A stretch of 64,000 nt of DNA from Spironucleus salmonicida. Taxonomy: Eukaryota. The position numbers were made by a program, and so were the translations under genes. A model generated the notes under the pieces. The model was given only the letters and a program-made list of their open reading frames with translations. It searched no databases and was not told the origin of the DNA. This document shows, piece by piece, positions 62,322 through 64,000 of this stretch; position 1 is the first letter of the stretch, and every line of letters starts with the position of its first letter. The stretch covers positions 1,426,001-1,490,000 of the forward strand of contig NC_090602.1 of assembly GCF_000497125.1 (NCBI RefSeq), given 5' to 3'.

Positions 62322-64000
62322 ATGGAGTTTGAAAAATTTTCTATACCACCATTTGATTAAATGTGTATGATCGATTCAACATAGTTTTTAGCATCTTCAA
62401 TTATAAATGATACCTTACATTTACTTCATATTAAAATTTCAAATAACTAATTAGAACTGTTATTTGATAAAGATGTGACATCTACTTTACCTGATATTAC
62501 TGCAGGATTAATTTAAGATTTAGCAAAACATTTTACTAAGAGAAGATTTGAATCTTTTAATATTGCAAAAATGATTTATGGGTAAGGTATTTTAACTATT
62601 CTTTTATCATCTTAAACCCATTCTTATATTCTTCAGTTTTAAATTAATAATGAAATTATTTTAATATCTCATTTCCACCTCAAATATTTACCAATAAACA
62701 TCATTGCAATTGATGATAGCTTTTATATTATATCCCCATCCTTAATCTAAAAACTGTAATATGGAGTAATATCAACATCGTTTGACTAGTTTGGTAAAGA
62801 AAAAAGTATTCATGCTGTTGATTTCGACAATAGAATTGCAATAGCTTTGGATAGTTCAAATATTGTTATTTTTGATCCTTTATCACAAACGATCGACAAA
62901 AAAATAAAATGCCCTCAGATTACCTAACTTTACTCAGAAAATAATGTTCTTTTAGCACTTACAATTACATAAAATTAGCTTAGTCTTCTTCTTACAAACT
63001 AAGCTTTAGAACAACGATCGTATTAATTTGCTTTATCCCAAACAGACTAGATAATCGAAATATCTAAAATTTAATCATACGAAAATGAAATTATTGTTAT
63101 TTTTTCAGTAGAAAATGGGCCAACTTTTTCAGCCGTATTAACAACTTAGAATGGATAACTACTTGAAATTAAAGGAACTGGGTAAAAGCTTGCACACGTT
63201 ACCATACATGAAGTTGTTAGGATCTAAGAAACCAGAGACATATTATACGGTGTTATGAAGAATTCTTAAATTGATTAGCTTATCCCAGAACTTTATGACT
63301 GTTCAGAATTGTATACTTAAGAAAAAGTAAAAGGTAAAATAAGTATAATAGGAGAGATAAAATGTGAATTCATAGGTTATACTACTATTACCAATTAATC
63401 ACTCTATCATTAATAATTTTTAATGTGTAAATCTCTATAAAATAAAGACTTACCGATAAGCGAGCTATTTTAATATGCTGTTTAGTTATTTACTACAAGC
63501 AAAATTATTAAAGAAGAAAGAGTATTATTTGAGAAGGAAATAGGAATATAAAATATGTTATCATAATTTTATTAATCATCTCATGAAAAATTGGCAGAAA
63601 TAGTAATTTTTGCATGCTTAAGATACCAAGAATTGTTACCTTTATTAGCATACTTTGTTGAACGCTAAGAATAGCGTTTGGACATTCTAAATAATGCTCC
63701 AGTTTTTTCTATGACTAATGTAAGGCCACTAGCTAGTTTTTTATAATATTTAGTAGATGAGGCGTGTAAACTATTAGAATAAACATTTAGTCTTTTTAAA
63801 TAGCTAAGTACATCTAGTTTGGAATATGAAACTTAATTTTTTATTAATATTGATTAGCTTGACGCATTGCAGCCTATTGTTTAATCTTGTGTTCAAATCA
63901 TGTAGTTATTAGTTTCTACAAGATCATAGTTTAATATATTTTCAGATGTTATTAAATAAGCTTATTATACAATAATGGCTGGAATGGCATTTATTTCTAT
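62322..64000 (+). CDS. Large hypothetical protein, N-terminal part (beta-rich then helical); runs off the window end
   Basis: MEFEKFSIPPFDQMCMID...; appears open in code 6 to the window end. Confidence 0.7.

Noticed and set aside
1-64000. Pervasive TAA/TAG read as mass pseudogenisation
   Set aside because: They occupy conserved Gln positions in intact essential genes, and in-frame TGA is absent.
1-64000. CRISPR arrays, transposons, rRNA or prokaryotic defence systems
   Set aside because: I saw no spaced direct repeats, terminal repeats, transposase or RT motifs, or rRNA-like sequence; the content is eukaryotic housekeeping and ciliary genes.

Overview
This is a gene-dense, AT-rich, apparently intron-free stretch of eukaryotic nuclear DNA. 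It uses a non-standard code in which TAA/TAG encode Gln and TGA is the only stop (translation table 6), so the supplied ORF track is mostly fragments and antisense shadows. The code, the very short intergenic spacers, the AGTGA gene ends and the gene set point to a hexamitid diplomonad, most likely Spironucleus (inference). Manual re-translation gives 36 complete CDSs, 2 partial CDSs and one tRNA-Arg(UCU). Recognisable products include an LC8-family dynein light chain, a cysteine-rich membrane protein, a TFIIB-like factor, Sar1, CAF-1 p60, a Ser/Thr kinase, CYB5D1, a C11orf65/MFI homologue, GPN1, a MATE transporter, DMC1, a NIPA Mg2+ transporter, a DHX37/Dhr1 helicase and a BPI-like protein. 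The most notable observations are: (1) an uninterrupted 5706-aa, highly divergent dynein-heavy-chain-like ORF with no recognisable AAA1 P-loop and an internal GC-rich island; (2) a TFIIB-like protein with a B-reader; (3) a TTCCGCA motif just upstream of three likely flagellar genes; (4) stop codons that appear to double as 3'-end signals. All family calls come from motif recognition by eye, not from database searches.
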